NCBI RefSeq assembly: GCF_000981785.2
Contig: NZ_CP011304.1
Span: 1,080,001-1,112,000, forward strand
Source of the DNA: Microcystis aeruginosa NIES-2549
Lineage (GTDB): Bacteria > Cyanobacteriota > Cyanobacteriia > Cyanobacteriales > Microcystaceae
Direction: 5' to 3'
DNA length: 32,000 nt
Shown one piece after another: positions 9,153 through 18,060 of the stretch. Within the stretch, counting starts at the first letter, position 1. Each line of letters starts with the position of its first letter. The notes below the pieces were generated by a model that saw nothing but the letters and a program-made list of their open reading frames with translations, had not been told where the DNA came from and did no database searches. The position numbers were made by a program, and so were the translations under genes.

Positions 9153-9971
9153 TCAAAACTGCTTTTTTCTGATCCAGATAGCGAGAATTGTCAGGAAAAA
9201 TAAACCCATCACTCCCGCTAAAGGATTTTTATCGATTCCAGTTAACCAATCGGGAACAGTACCAGTGTATTTAATTAACTGACCCACATTTAATATATAG
9301 TATGCCCAGACTAAACCCGCGTGCAGACCGATACTTTTACCCAAACTACCACCACAGCCACGTTTTGCCCAACCGAGAATCAATCCTAGCAAGACTAAGG
9401 CAGGAAATTGGGGAAAAGTGCGGATAATTTCGGCTAAAGGTTTAATAAAGTGAGCAAAAGCGAAAATTAAGGCACTAATCACTAGAGCGATAGCGGGACG
9501 ATAATCCTTTTCTAATTCTCCCAGTAACCAGCCGCGAAATAGTAATTCTTCGGCGAAACCCACCGCTAAAGCGACTAAAAACCCCTCTAGGATGATTTTG
9601 CTGATTTGGGGATTTGCGGGTAAGAAATTTAACCAACCTAGGAAAGCTTGGGACAGAAAAAGCGAGAAAGTGAAAAATAAACCGATCGCCAAGCCGTTAA
9701 TTAACTCAATCGGCGTTTTTCTTCGCCAAATCAACCCATAACCAGCTAATCCCTCATCGCCATAAATTGTCCGTCCCCACCAATGGGATAACCCCAAAAA
9801 TTCCAGATAGAGAACAGAAAGGGTCAAAATTGAGACTAGGTTAGCATTAGTGGCAAAAAAGTGATAGAGGGGAAGTGCGATCGGCAACCAGAGAAAAAGT
9901 AAGAGCAAAATAAAAACCCCCAGTCGCAGGGGGACTGGGTAAGTGGCAATTACGCGTAATCTTTTATTCAT
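9153..9971 (-). CDS. CPBP family intramembrane glutamic endopeptidase (CAAX protease / Abi)
   Basis: 272-aa polytopic ORF with EELLFRGWL and FAFAHF motifs. Confidence 0.85.
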   Translation of the reverse strand: MNKRLRVIATYPVPLRLGVFILLLLFLWLPIALPLYHFFATNANLVSILTLSVLYLEFLGLSHWWGRTIYGDEGLAGYGLIWRRKTPIELINGLAIGLFFTFSLFLSQAFLGWLNFLPANPQISKIILEGFLVALAVGFAEELLFRGWLLGELEKDYRPAIALVISALIFAFAHFIKPLAEIIRTFPQFPALVLLGLILGWAKRGCGGSLGKSIGLHAGLVWAYYILNVGQLIKYTGTVPDWLTGIDKNPLAGVMGLFFLTILAIWIRKKQF

Positions 9972-10251
9972 CGGGTTCGATGCTGCTGGTTAAACCTTTA
10001 TTTTTCAAGGTTTCACAGTAAAATTCCGCGTGTTCTTGGATGCAGGTAATCACCAAGGCTGTACCATTCGTGTGCGCTTCCATCATGATATCGACTGCTT
10101 GGGGTTGCGTCATACCGGCGATCGTTTGCATTAAACTCTGAACCACATACTCCATCGAGTTAAAGTCGTCATTGTGGAGTAAAACGCGATAACGCGGCGC
10201 TGGTTTACGGATTGTCGCTGTGGAACGCTTTTCGATGACTTCTGTGGACAC
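9964..10251 (-). CDS. clpS: ATP-dependent Clp protease adaptor ClpS
   Basis: 95 aa containing YRVLLHNDDFNSMEYVVQSL..MMEAHTNGTALV. GTG start with GGAGAG upstream. Its stop overlaps the CPBP start (ATGAATAA, 9964-9971). Confidence 0.9.
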   Translation of the reverse strand: MSTEVIEKRSTATIRKPAPRYRVLLHNDDFNSMEYVVQSLMQTIAGMTQPQAVDIMMEAHTNGTALVITCIQEHAEFYCETLKNKGLTSSIEPDE

Positions 10252-10449
10252 CGTGTCTCTCCTTTGAATCTATATCACAAATACAGGTCAATTACTAATG
10301 ATCATAATCAAAATTTCCGGATTGAGCTAGGCTTTTTCTGTGATCCGTGGGGGGTTCGGTGTTGGGGAGTGGGGGACAGCCAAGGGAATGACATTTCTAG
10401 ATGGATAGATCATAATTGAATTAATTGGCTAATTTAAGCTTATTTTCCC

Positions 10450-10950
10450 ATGGCTACTGACGAATTACAAAACCTCGAAGACAATATTCAACGCTTAAAA
10501 CAACAATTAGCGGGAAAGCGAGACACTTTAGTTACAATCGCACCGGAAGAAGAAGTTAGGATCAAGCAGCAGATCGAAGATTTACGCCGAAAAATTCGGG
10601 ATTTTGAACGAGAAAAATGGGATTTAATCGCCAGCGACAGTCAAGAAGCATCTTTTCCTGATGCGGAGGTAATGGTAGCAGAAATTGTCACAGAATTGAC
10701 GGCAATTACCACAGAACCACCCCCGGAACTTGCTTCTGCACAAATCTTAGAATTATTAAATCAAATTCTGGCTAAACTCAATCAACCAGAGCGATCGGCA
10801 GCGGCCAAATTAAAAGCGGCCATATCTACTATATTTCCTTTTGTTTCCCTGACCTACGAGGCGGAATTAGATACTGAGTTAACTTTTAAGCGTTATTTTC
10901 CCACATTTAATCGTGTGATTGCAGGGGTGAAAAATCGGCTAAAAAAGTAA
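10450..10950 (+). CDS. coiled-coil hypothetical protein, probably the detached N-terminal module of a STAND-type NTPase
   Basis: 166-aa ORF with heptad-rich N-terminal half. It ends in an A6 run. Another frame stays open from about 10925 to 11045 and reads ..TINISQSGIGNTQNNIFNL, which is paralogous to the start of ORF 11641. Confidence 0.5.
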   Translation: MATDELQNLEDNIQRLKQQLAGKRDTLVTIAPEEEVRIKQQIEDLRRKIRDFEREKWDLIASDSQEASFPDAEVMVAEIVTELTAITTEPPPELASAQILELLNQILAKLNQPERSAAAKLKAAISTIFPFVSLTYEAELDTELTFKRYFPTFNRVIAGVKNRLKK

Positions 10951-11106
10951 GTATTCCCTCTAAAAGCTTGGCCAGTATCGATCGGACAATTAATATTAGT
11001 CAATCGGGAATCGGTAATACACAGAACAACATCTTTAATCTGTGAAAGATAAGCCTAGTAAATGTTATCATTGAAAATAGTTATTATCAAAGACAAGAGG
11101 TAATTT

Positions 11107-11304
11107 ATGTCAGAATTGCAAGCGGAAGCGTTAAAACCAATATTAAAAGAGTTACTCTATGAGTTATTAATACAAGAAAAGGATTTACTAAAAGAGTTAA
11201 TTTATGAAGTGCTGGAAGATACGGCTATGGCTAGGGCAATTCAAGAGGGAAAAGATAGTAACAATGTCAGTCGTGATGAAATTTTGACTCTGTTAAAAGA
11301 ATAA
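11107..11304 (+). CDS. type II antitoxin, partner of the RelE/ParE toxin
   Basis: 65-aa acidic ORF with an AGAGG RBS. Its stop lies 3 nt before the toxin ATG. Confidence 0.7.
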   Translation: MSELQAEALKPILKELLYELLIQEKDLLKELIYEVLEDTAMARAIQEGKDSNNVSRDEILTLLKE

Positions 11305-11307
11305 GAG

Positions 11308-11574
11308 ATGAATATTGAATTTCGTAAAAGCTTTGAGACAGATCTACGCAATCTCAAAGATCGTAAAATTAAGCGACAAATTCAGGCAATTATTGAGGAG
11401 ATAGAATCAGCCAAAAGTTTAACCGAGTTGCGTAATGTCAAAGCGATTCAAGGGTATCGAGGATTTTATCGCATTCGGATTGGGGATTATCGTCTTGGTT
11501 TATATTTAGAGCAAGATACTGTCGCCTTGGTTCGTCTTCTACACCGAAAGGAAATGTATCGTTATTTTCCTTAA
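11308..11574 (+). CDS. type II toxin, RelE/ParE family
   Basis: 88 aa containing ..GYRGFYRIRIGDYRLGLYLEQDTVALVRLLHRKEMYRYFP, the typical RelE/ParE C-terminal core. Confidence 0.85.
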   Translation: MNIEFRKSFETDLRNLKDRKIKRQIQAIIEEIESAKSLTELRNVKAIQGYRGFYRIRIGDYRLGLYLEQDTVALVRLLHRKEMYRYFP

Positions 11575-11640
11575 AGACCTCATTAATATTAATTTTATAT
11601 TAGATTTATTTTGAGCAAAGATAATTATTTTTAGAGAGAA

Positions 11641-11850
11641 TTGAAAATGAAAATTAATATTGAGCAAGATGGAACTGATAACAATCAAAATAATACTTTT
11701 AATCTGAATATTCCCGAACCAAAAGAACGTCAAGCTGTCCCTAGTAATGTGGGCAAAAGTACGGTTAATTTTGTCGGGAGGGAAGATGAGTTAACCTTAA
11801 TTCATCAGCAATTGCAAACAGAACAAGGGGTGATTGTTTGTGCAGTAGAG
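11641..11850 (+). pseudogene. 5' fragment of a STAND (NB-ARC/AAA-type) NTPase gene, truncated just before the P-loop
   Basis: Reads INIEQDGTDNNQNNTFNLNIPEPKERQ..VNFVGREDELTLIHQQLQTEQGVIVCAVE. In intact cyanobacterial homologues GMGGVGKT would follow, but here the frame runs into unrelated sequence. Confidence 0.55.
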
Positions 11851-12338
11851 GAGTTTATTTTCTCCCGGAGGGTTTCGGTACAGCTATTGTCGTCATTCAT
11901 CAATTACCCGCAATCCCAGAGACATTATGGCTAAGATTATTGGGTAGAGGAGGAACAAGAGAGAGAGCCATCGATGAATTAGAGAGATTATCGCCGAATA
12001 ATCCCCTAAAATCGGCTTCCTTAAACTTATTGTATAATTTGAGTAGAAATTTAGAAGCGTTATCGAAAAAAACACAGGAGGATAGGGAGTTTATTATGCG
12101 TTTAGCTCCACTTTACCAACAGGATAGAGAACAAGCGGTTCAGCAAGGTATTCAACAAGGAAGACAACAGGGAGAAGCGGATTTAGTCCTCCGTCAACTT
12201 CAGCGACGTTTCGGTGAAATACCCCAGAATCTAGAAGAAACCATCCGTAATCTTTCTGTAGAGCGCTTAGAAGACTTAGGACTCGCTTTATTAGACTTTG
12301 ACAATCTGGCAGATTTAGACAACTGGTTGCATCCGTGA
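11838..12338 (+). pseudogene. 3' fragment of an Rpn/YhgA-like PD-(D/E)XK nuclease gene, including a DUF4351-type tail
   Basis: Reads VYFLPEGFGTAIVVIHQLP..PETLWLRLLGRGGTRERAIDEL...IMRLAPLYQQDREQAVQQG...LALLDFDNLADLDNWL. There is no nuclease N-terminal half, and the only start is a TTG created at the junction. Confidence 0.6.
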
Positions 12339-12367
12339 ACAATGGCGATCATCTCATTCATCCTTGA

Positions 12368-14857
12368 TTATTCTATAGTTAAGGGGTCCACATCGATCGC
12401 CATACTTACCTTGGGTAAAACTAAGCTTTTCAGAGGAAGAAAAAGACCACCGATATCAGCCTTTTCTCCTGATAATTTTAACAGAATTTGCCAGCGATAA
12501 CGGTTAGCCACGCGCATAATTGTTGCGGGTGCAGGTCCCAAAATATCCCAATCGGGACCGAAATTATTAACACATTCCTCCGCAACATTTTCGGCACTTT
12601 TCTGCACTGCTTCCCCATCTAAACCACTAAAGCGAATTAATACTAAACTGCCATAGGGAGGATAATTTAAACCCTCTCTCTGCATTAATTCCGTCTCGAC
12701 AAAACCCTCATAATCGTGGGTTTGCACTGCTCTAATCACGGGATGTTCGGGGGTATAGGTTTGGATAATTACCTTTCCTTCTCTTTCTCCCCTTCCTGCT
12801 CTCCCTGCTACTTGAGTTAGGGTTTGAAAAGCGCGTTCGGAGGCGCGATAATCGGAGTGATAAAGTAAACCATCGGCAGCCATAATTCCCACTAAAGTAA
12901 CTCGCTCGATATCTAATCCTTTGGTGAGCATTTGGGTTCCAACTAGGACATCGTATTCACCATCAGTAAATAGTTTTAATAGTTCCCGGGAAGCATTTTT
13001 GTTGCGGGTGGTATCACTATCAAAACGCAAGCAGCGCAAATCAGGAAATTCTTTGCTTAATTCTTGGGTGACTCGCTGAGTGCCAGTGCCGAAAAATTTT
13101 AGATAGGGAGAACCGCATTCAGGACATTGTTTCGGATGGATGCGACCATAGTTGCAGTAGTGACAGCGTAGTAATTCCTGCGCTCCCGGTTCGGTGTGGT
13201 GATAGGAGAGGGAGACATCACAGTGGGGACACTCTAGCACATAACCGCAACTTCGGCAAGATACAAAGGTACTATGACCCCGGCGACTGACGAATAAAAT
13301 TGCCTGTTCTCCCTTGTCGCGCAGGGTTTCCAGAGATGAACGCAGGGATTGACTAAAAAGAGAACGATTGCCTCGTTGCAATTCCCTTCGCATATCGACG
13401 ATTTCCACCCGCGGTAAGGGGCGATTTTGGATGCGATCGGGCAAAGATAGGTAAAGACGGGGATTAGCTTGGGATTCTAGCCATGTTTCTAGGGATGGCG
13501 TGGCCGAGCCTAAAATTACGGGACAATGGTTTAATTGAGATCGCCATTTAGCCACGGTACGCGCGTGATAGGTGGGGAGTAATTGGGTTTGTTTAAAGCT
13601 GCTATCGTGTTCTTCATCGAGGATAATCATGCCTAGGTGGGGTAAAGGGGCAAAAATCGCCGATCGCGTCCCGATAATGACTTGCGGGGTTCCTGTCAAC
13701 ATCTGTCGCCATGTATCGTATCTTTCCCCTTCCGAGAGGGCGCTATGATAAACATAGACTCGATCGCCAAAACGGGCCACAAAGCGATCGGTTAGTTGCG
13801 GTGTTAATCCAATTTCGGGGACTAAAACCAAGGCAGATTTACCCGCTGCTAAGACAGGTGCGATCGCCTGTAGATAGACTTCTGTTTTACCCGATCCTGT
13901 AACTCCGTGTAAGAGGACGCTTTCACCACCTTTCAGGGTTTGAATGGCTTCTAGGGCTTGTTTTTGACTAGAAGTGAGTGTTTTTGGTTGATCCCTGCTC
14001 ATAATCGCCGAGGATAAGCGCAGAAATTCCCGGTCCTCAATCACCACATAACCCTTGTCAATGAGCGGTTTAAAATGTTTGGTCCCCGCGAGTTGTGCCA
14101 ATTCTGGCAGCCACATTTCTCCCCCCTGATGACGGAGAATTTCGACAATTTTGCGCTGATTTTCAGTTAAATCAGCAGGAAAGTCAGTTATTAGCAGGGT
14201 AATAGCTTTTTTTTGTTTAATATTAGGACTTTTGGGTGCTTCTAGATAACTTTCCACCCAACCGCGCTTAACTAAGTCTCGGATACCGTAATTAGCATTT
14301 TTTACTTTTTCTTGCAGGTATTTCGCCGAATAATCGCCTTCTTTTTGATTTTTTAGCAGGGATAAAATCTGACGGGAGAGGGGAGTGCAAAAAACTTCCG
14401 CACCGGGGGGAATCGCTGCCGGTTTTAATCTGATGCGACGTTGGGAACTTCGCAGTAAACCCGTAGGTAAAGCGACGCGAACAACGGTGATTAAATCCGT
14501 TGCGTAGTATTGGGCGATTTTCGTCAATAACTGCCAATAATTATCGGGAAAAAAACCCTTAGCAATCACATCTTCCACGGGACGAATTTGATTTTCTTCT
14601 AGTCCTGCGGGCAAATTTTCGAGAAATCTAAGAGCGATTCCCCCAATTACCTGAGAACCGAAGGGAACGCTTAAAATATCGCCGATTTCTACCGTTAAAT
14701 CCCCGGGGATACTATAGGTTAATATTTGCTGATCCTCTTGACTATCTCTAGGATAAGGGCGATCGACCAAAACCTCTAACCACGGTTGCCCAGTTGTGGT
14801 TAATTGGTAAGGTGTGCGAGGTTCCGCTACAGTTAGAGTAGCACAGCGATCGAGCAT
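12368..14857 (-). CDS. priA: primosomal protein N' (replication restart helicase PriA)
   Basis: 829 aa with Walker A GVTGSGKTEVY, DEEHD, and the Cys-rich zinc region CRSCGYVLECPHCDVSLSYH..CHYCNY..CPECGS. Confidence 0.95.
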   Translation of the reverse strand: MLDRCATLTVAEPRTPYQLTTTGQPWLEVLVDRPYPRDSQEDQQILTYSIPGDLTVEIGDILSVPFGSQVIGGIALRFLENLPAGLEENQIRPVEDVIAKGFFPDNYWQLLTKIAQYYATDLITVVRVALPTGLLRSSQRRIRLKPAAIPPGAEVFCTPLSRQILSLLKNQKEGDYSAKYLQEKVKNANYGIRDLVKRGWVESYLEAPKSPNIKQKKAITLLITDFPADLTENQRKIVEILRHQGGEMWLPELAQLAGTKHFKPLIDKGYVVIEDREFLRLSSAIMSRDQPKTLTSSQKQALEAIQTLKGGESVLLHGVTGSGKTEVYLQAIAPVLAAGKSALVLVPEIGLTPQLTDRFVARFGDRVYVYHSALSEGERYDTWRQMLTGTPQVIIGTRSAIFAPLPHLGMIILDEEHDSSFKQTQLLPTYHARTVAKWRSQLNHCPVILGSATPSLETWLESQANPRLYLSLPDRIQNRPLPRVEIVDMRRELQRGNRSLFSQSLRSSLETLRDKGEQAILFVSRRGHSTFVSCRSCGYVLECPHCDVSLSYHHTEPGAQELLRCHYCNYGRIHPKQCPECGSPYLKFFGTGTQRVTQELSKEFPDLRCLRFDSDTTRNKNASRELLKLFTDGEYDVLVGTQMLTKGLDIERVTLVGIMAADGLLYHSDYRASERAFQTLTQVAGRAGRGEREGKVIIQTYTPEHPVIRAVQTHDYEGFVETELMQREGLNYPPYGSLVLIRFSGLDGEAVQKSAENVAEECVNNFGPDWDILGPAPATIMRVANRYRWQILLKLSGEKADIGGLFLPLKSLVLPKVSMAIDVDPLTIE

Positions 14858-14860
14858 GGT

Positions 14861-14902
14861 TATCAGTTATCAGTTATCAGTTAGGGGTTGGGGGTTGGGG
14901 AG
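14861..14902. repeat. heptamer STR (TATCAGT x3) followed by GGGGTT-like repeats, starting 3 nt from the priA start codon
   Basis: Direct reading: tatcagt tatcagt tatcagt tagggg ttggggg ttgggg. Confidence 0.8.
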
Positions 14903-15428
14903 AATGGGGTGTTTAAATTATAGTTTAAAGCTTGAGGGGGAATAAAACTAGCTAATTTTGTCTAAAAAAACTTTAAATATGGCTTTTTTGCCCACAAATT
15001 TTGATTTTTAGCGCGTGAAATCTTGCCAAATGATAATTATTGGCTATTAGCTATTAAATCCCAGCCTAGTTAGTCAAAACTTGAGAATAGTTCTCAATAA
15101 AAAAAGCGAAAAATAGTAATAAAAAGCTGACCACTATCTTGATTGTTAAGAAGCGTGATCCTTACCTAGTCAAATACCAAAAACCTTAGTTAGAGTGTAT
15201 GAGTAGAAACACAAAAAGCTCCTCCCATTCACCAGAAAATCTTATTGTCTGGTTCGGGGATTTGTAACCATCGACACAGAATCGCGCAATTATATCCCAG
15301 AAATTGCCGCCATTAATTAAGAAAACGTTTAAAAAATCTGCTCCCCGAAAATTCAATGTAACAATCAGCCCATTGGGGGGAACTGAGTTTTTCCCGCTAT
15401 TATAACCCCACTCCATCCATAACTGCTT

Positions 15429-16562
15429 ATGAAAATCTCTAAACTGGCTGCCGATGATAATTTTAATCAAATCATTGCCCTTGAGACAAATCCTTTAGAA
15501 CTAGACAGCGTGGATTTTGCTGAAAGAACTGACGAAGATCTGACTGAACCTTTACCGGAAACCCTAAAAACCACTCGTGGGGGTAGTGGAACTGGATACG
15601 ATAAAGGCAGCAATGAAGATACTGTTGGGGCATTTTTTAAAGAAATGGCGCGTTATCCCCTGCTTAATGCGGAAGAAGAAATTGAATTAGCCTACTCGGT
15701 TAAGTTTCTGATGGAAGCGGAAGAAGTGCGCCAAAAACTGCAAGAAAATTTACATCGTCCCCCGACGAAAACGGAATGGGCGATCGCTTTACAATTAGAT
15801 AATGAACGTCAACTGGAAAACCGTCTTTATCGGGGAAGAACAGCTAAACGGAAAATGATTCGTTCTAATTTACGCTTGGTGGTTTCCATCGCTAAACGCT
15901 ATTTAAATCGCGGGGTTCCTTTCTTAGATTTAATTCAAGAAGGTGCGATCGGACTCAACCGTGCGGCGGAAAAATTCGATCCCAATAAAGGTTATAAATT
16001 CTCTACCTATGCTTATTGGTGGATTCGACAAGCAATCACCCGCACTATTGCTAACGATGCGCGCACGATTCGTTTACCGATTCACATTGTCGAAAAACTC
16101 AATAAACTCAAAAAAGCGCAGCGCATTCTCAAGCAAGATTTACAGCGCAATCCCAATGAACGGGAACTCGCGGAAGCGTTAGAAATGACTCCCGAACAAT
16201 TGCGGCAATTATTACAATTGCGTCGTCAATCTCTCTCTTTAAATCATCGTGTAGGGAAGGGAGAAGATACGGAATTAGTGGATCTGTTGGAAGATGATGA
16301 TCTACAACTTCCCGAAGATAAAATGAATGAGATGATGATGCGTCAGGAAATTTTCGCGGTTTTAAGTGATGTTCTCACGGAACGGGAAAAAGATGTTATC
16401 TCCCTCCGTTATGGTTTAGCTACCAGTCAACCCTATACCCTAGAGGAAGTGGGGGGAATGTTCAATTTATCTCGGGAACGAGTACGTCAAATTCAAACTA
16501 AAGCGATGCGAAAATTACGTCGTCCTCAAGTCGCACGTCGTCTGAAAGGATGGTTACATTAA
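15429..16562 (+). CDS. group 2 sigma-70 factor (RpoD/SigA family)
   Basis: 377 aa with region 2 (DLIQEGAIGLNRAAEKFDPNKGYKFSTYAYWWIRQAITR), region 3, and the region 4 HTH (LEEVGGMFNLSRERVRQIQTKAMRKLR). Confidence 0.92.
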   Translation: MKISKLAADDNFNQIIALETNPLELDSVDFAERTDEDLTEPLPETLKTTRGGSGTGYDKGSNEDTVGAFFKEMARYPLLNAEEEIELAYSVKFLMEAEEVRQKLQENLHRPPTKTEWAIALQLDNERQLENRLYRGRTAKRKMIRSNLRLVVSIAKRYLNRGVPFLDLIQEGAIGLNRAAEKFDPNKGYKFSTYAYWWIRQAITRTIANDARTIRLPIHIVEKLNKLKKAQRILKQDLQRNPNERELAEALEMTPEQLRQLLQLRRQSLSLNHRVGKGEDTELVDLLEDDDLQLPEDKMNEMMMRQEIFAVLSDVLTEREKDVISLRYGLATSQPYTLEEVGGMFNLSRERVRQIQTKAMRKLRRPQVARRLKGWLH

Positions 16563-16589
16563 TAATTTTTTCTAACTCGTTCTCTCCTC

Positions 16590-16617
16590 TCTCCTTTTTC
16601 CTGGAGAGCTTTTTTTG
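16590..16617 (+). terminator. intrinsic terminator of the sigma factor gene
   Basis: CTCTCC-tttttcct-GGAGAG followed by CTTTTTTT, 28 nt after the stop. Confidence 0.6.
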
Positions 16618-16677
16618 TCGATCTTTAGCTTAAAATTAAGATAAAGTTGATTTTCTCAGTAGATAGTCCTAATACCT

Positions 16678-16809
16678 ATGAACCTACATCTTCCCCCACC
16701 ACAAGAGCATCTAATTCAACAGAAAGTGAAAACGGGAAAATATCAATCTCCAGAAAATCATCCTCTCATAGATGGAGAAACTTTTGTCACTGAAATTATT
16801 CATCGTTAA
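16678..16809 (+). CDS. 43-aa orphan ORF with a ParD/CopG-like antitoxin N-terminus; possibly a remnant
   Basis: MNLHLPPPQEHLIQQKVKTGKYQSPENHPLIDGETFVTEIIHR. The segment L..P..E.LIQQKV.TGKY.SP resembles ParD-family antitoxins. No toxin follows. It is below the ORF-track cut-off. Confidence 0.3.
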   Translation: MNLHLPPPQEHLIQQKVKTGKYQSPENHPLIDGETFVTEIIHR

Positions 16810-16894
16810 TATACTAGGTAGTTAGAAGCTGAATATAATAGGCAATTTCTCAGCTATTTTTTCTAGTTCTGAATAAAATCAAATTTAATTCAAT

Positions 16895-18055
16895 ATGTCT
16901 AAAAATTCTTGGTTAATTCCCGATAATATTTATTTTCTCAACCATGGTTCCTATGGTGCAACCCCTAGAATAGTCTTGGATTATCAGCAACAATTGCGGG
17001 AACGAATGGAAAGGCAACCCTTAGCATTTTTGGGGAGAGAATTAGAGGGTTTATTAGATATTGCTAGGCAAAAATTAGCGGATTTAGTGGGAGTAAATAG
17101 CGATGATTTAGTCTTTGTTCCCAATGCAACCACAGCAGTAAATGCGGTGTTAAATTCCTTAACTTTTCAGGAAAATGAGGAAATTCTGATCACCGATCAG
17201 ACCTATAATGCTTGTGCTAATGCAGTTAAACATATAGCTAAAAGATGGGGTTTAAAGGTAATTATCGCTAAAATTCCCTTCCCTGTGCAGTCTCCTTTAG
17301 AAATTAGTCAAGCAATTTTAGCATCTGTTTCTCCCCGGACAAAATTAGTAGTTTTAGATCATGTCACCAGTCCCACGGCCTTAATTTGGCCCATCGCAGA
17401 AATTGTGCAAGAATTAAATAATCGGGGTATTGATACTCTCATCGATGGCGCCCATGCTTTAGGTTTTTTACCCCTTAATATCAGGGAAATTAATCCCACC
17501 TATTATACTGCTAATTGTCATAAGTGGTTATGTAGTCCCAAGGGGGCTGCTTTTCTCTATGTGCGCGGGGATAAACAGGCAATAATTCGACCTTTAACTA
17601 TTAGCCATGGTGCCAATTCTCTTCGACAAGATCGCTCCCGTTTTCAGTTAGAATTTGCTTGGATGGGAACCGATGATCCCAGCGCTTATTTATCGGTGCC
17701 AAAAGCGATCGAGTTTTTAAATTCTCTCTCTATTGATGGTTTACTGGGTCTGATGGCGAGGAATCATAATTTGGTTTTAAAAGCCAGAAATTTGCTTTGT
17801 CATGCCTTAGAGGTCAATTATCCCTGTCCAGAATCAATGATCGGATCGATGTCCTCAATTCTAATTCCTAGTTATGCTTGGACAGCAGAAGATTTATCCA
17901 GACAACTGTGGGAAAAATATCAGATTGAAGTGCCGATAATTCCTTGGGGAGAAGCCTCATTAATTGTGAGGATTTCTGCTCACTACTATAATTCGATCGA
18001 GCAGTATGAATATTTAGCTGCGGTTTTAAATTACCTGCTATTGGAGCCAAGATAA
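16895..18055 (+). CDS. PLP-dependent class V aminotransferase (isopenicillin N epimerase / cysteine desulfurase-like)
   Basis: 386 aa containing YFLNHGSYGATP, DGAHALG and the TANCHKWL lysine motif. Confidence 0.85.
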   Translation: MSKNSWLIPDNIYFLNHGSYGATPRIVLDYQQQLRERMERQPLAFLGRELEGLLDIARQKLADLVGVNSDDLVFVPNATTAVNAVLNSLTFQENEEILITDQTYNACANAVKHIAKRWGLKVIIAKIPFPVQSPLEISQAILASVSPRTKLVVLDHVTSPTALIWPIAEIVQELNNRGIDTLIDGAHALGFLPLNIREINPTYYTANCHKWLCSPKGAAFLYVRGDKQAIIRPLTISHGANSLRQDRSRFQLEFAWMGTDDPSAYLSVPKAIEFLNSLSIDGLLGLMARNHNLVLKARNLLCHALEVNYPCPESMIGSMSSILIPSYAWTAEDLSRQLWEKYQIEVPIIPWGEASLIVRISAHYYNSIEQYEYLAAVLNYLLLEPR

Positions 18056-18060
18056 TTTTG

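Noticed and set aside
9090-9400. Looked for an NtcA box (GTA-N8-TAC) upstream of amt.
   Set aside because: No exact match was found in the 63-nt gap or the adjacent 250 nt. An imperfect site cannot be excluded without a matrix scan.
11893-12342. Minus-strand ORFs 11893-12075 and 12094-12342, and 11539-11733.
   Set aside because: They are antisense to the Rpn/DUF4351 fragment and the TA flank. Their sequence is low-complexity and hydrophobic, typical of AT-rich wrong-frame translation.
14861-14902. Considered whether the heptamer arrays (also at 1608-1644 and 23016-23057) could be CRISPR-like.
   Set aside because: The unit is 7 nt with no spacers. These are simple tandem repeats.
15081-15097. 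Palindrome TTGAGAA-TAG-TTCTCAA. Its 12-mer AATAGTTCTCAA is also present at 24095-24106, upstream of another gene.
   Set aside because: A shared 12-mer somewhere in a 32-kb AT-rich window is expected by chance. The second site has only one half of the palindrome.
15186-15470. 94-aa minus-strand ORF upstream of and overlapping the sigma factor start.
   Set aside because: It overlaps the sigma gene start, has no RBS and matches no recognisable family. It is most likely promoter or leader sequence of the sigma gene.
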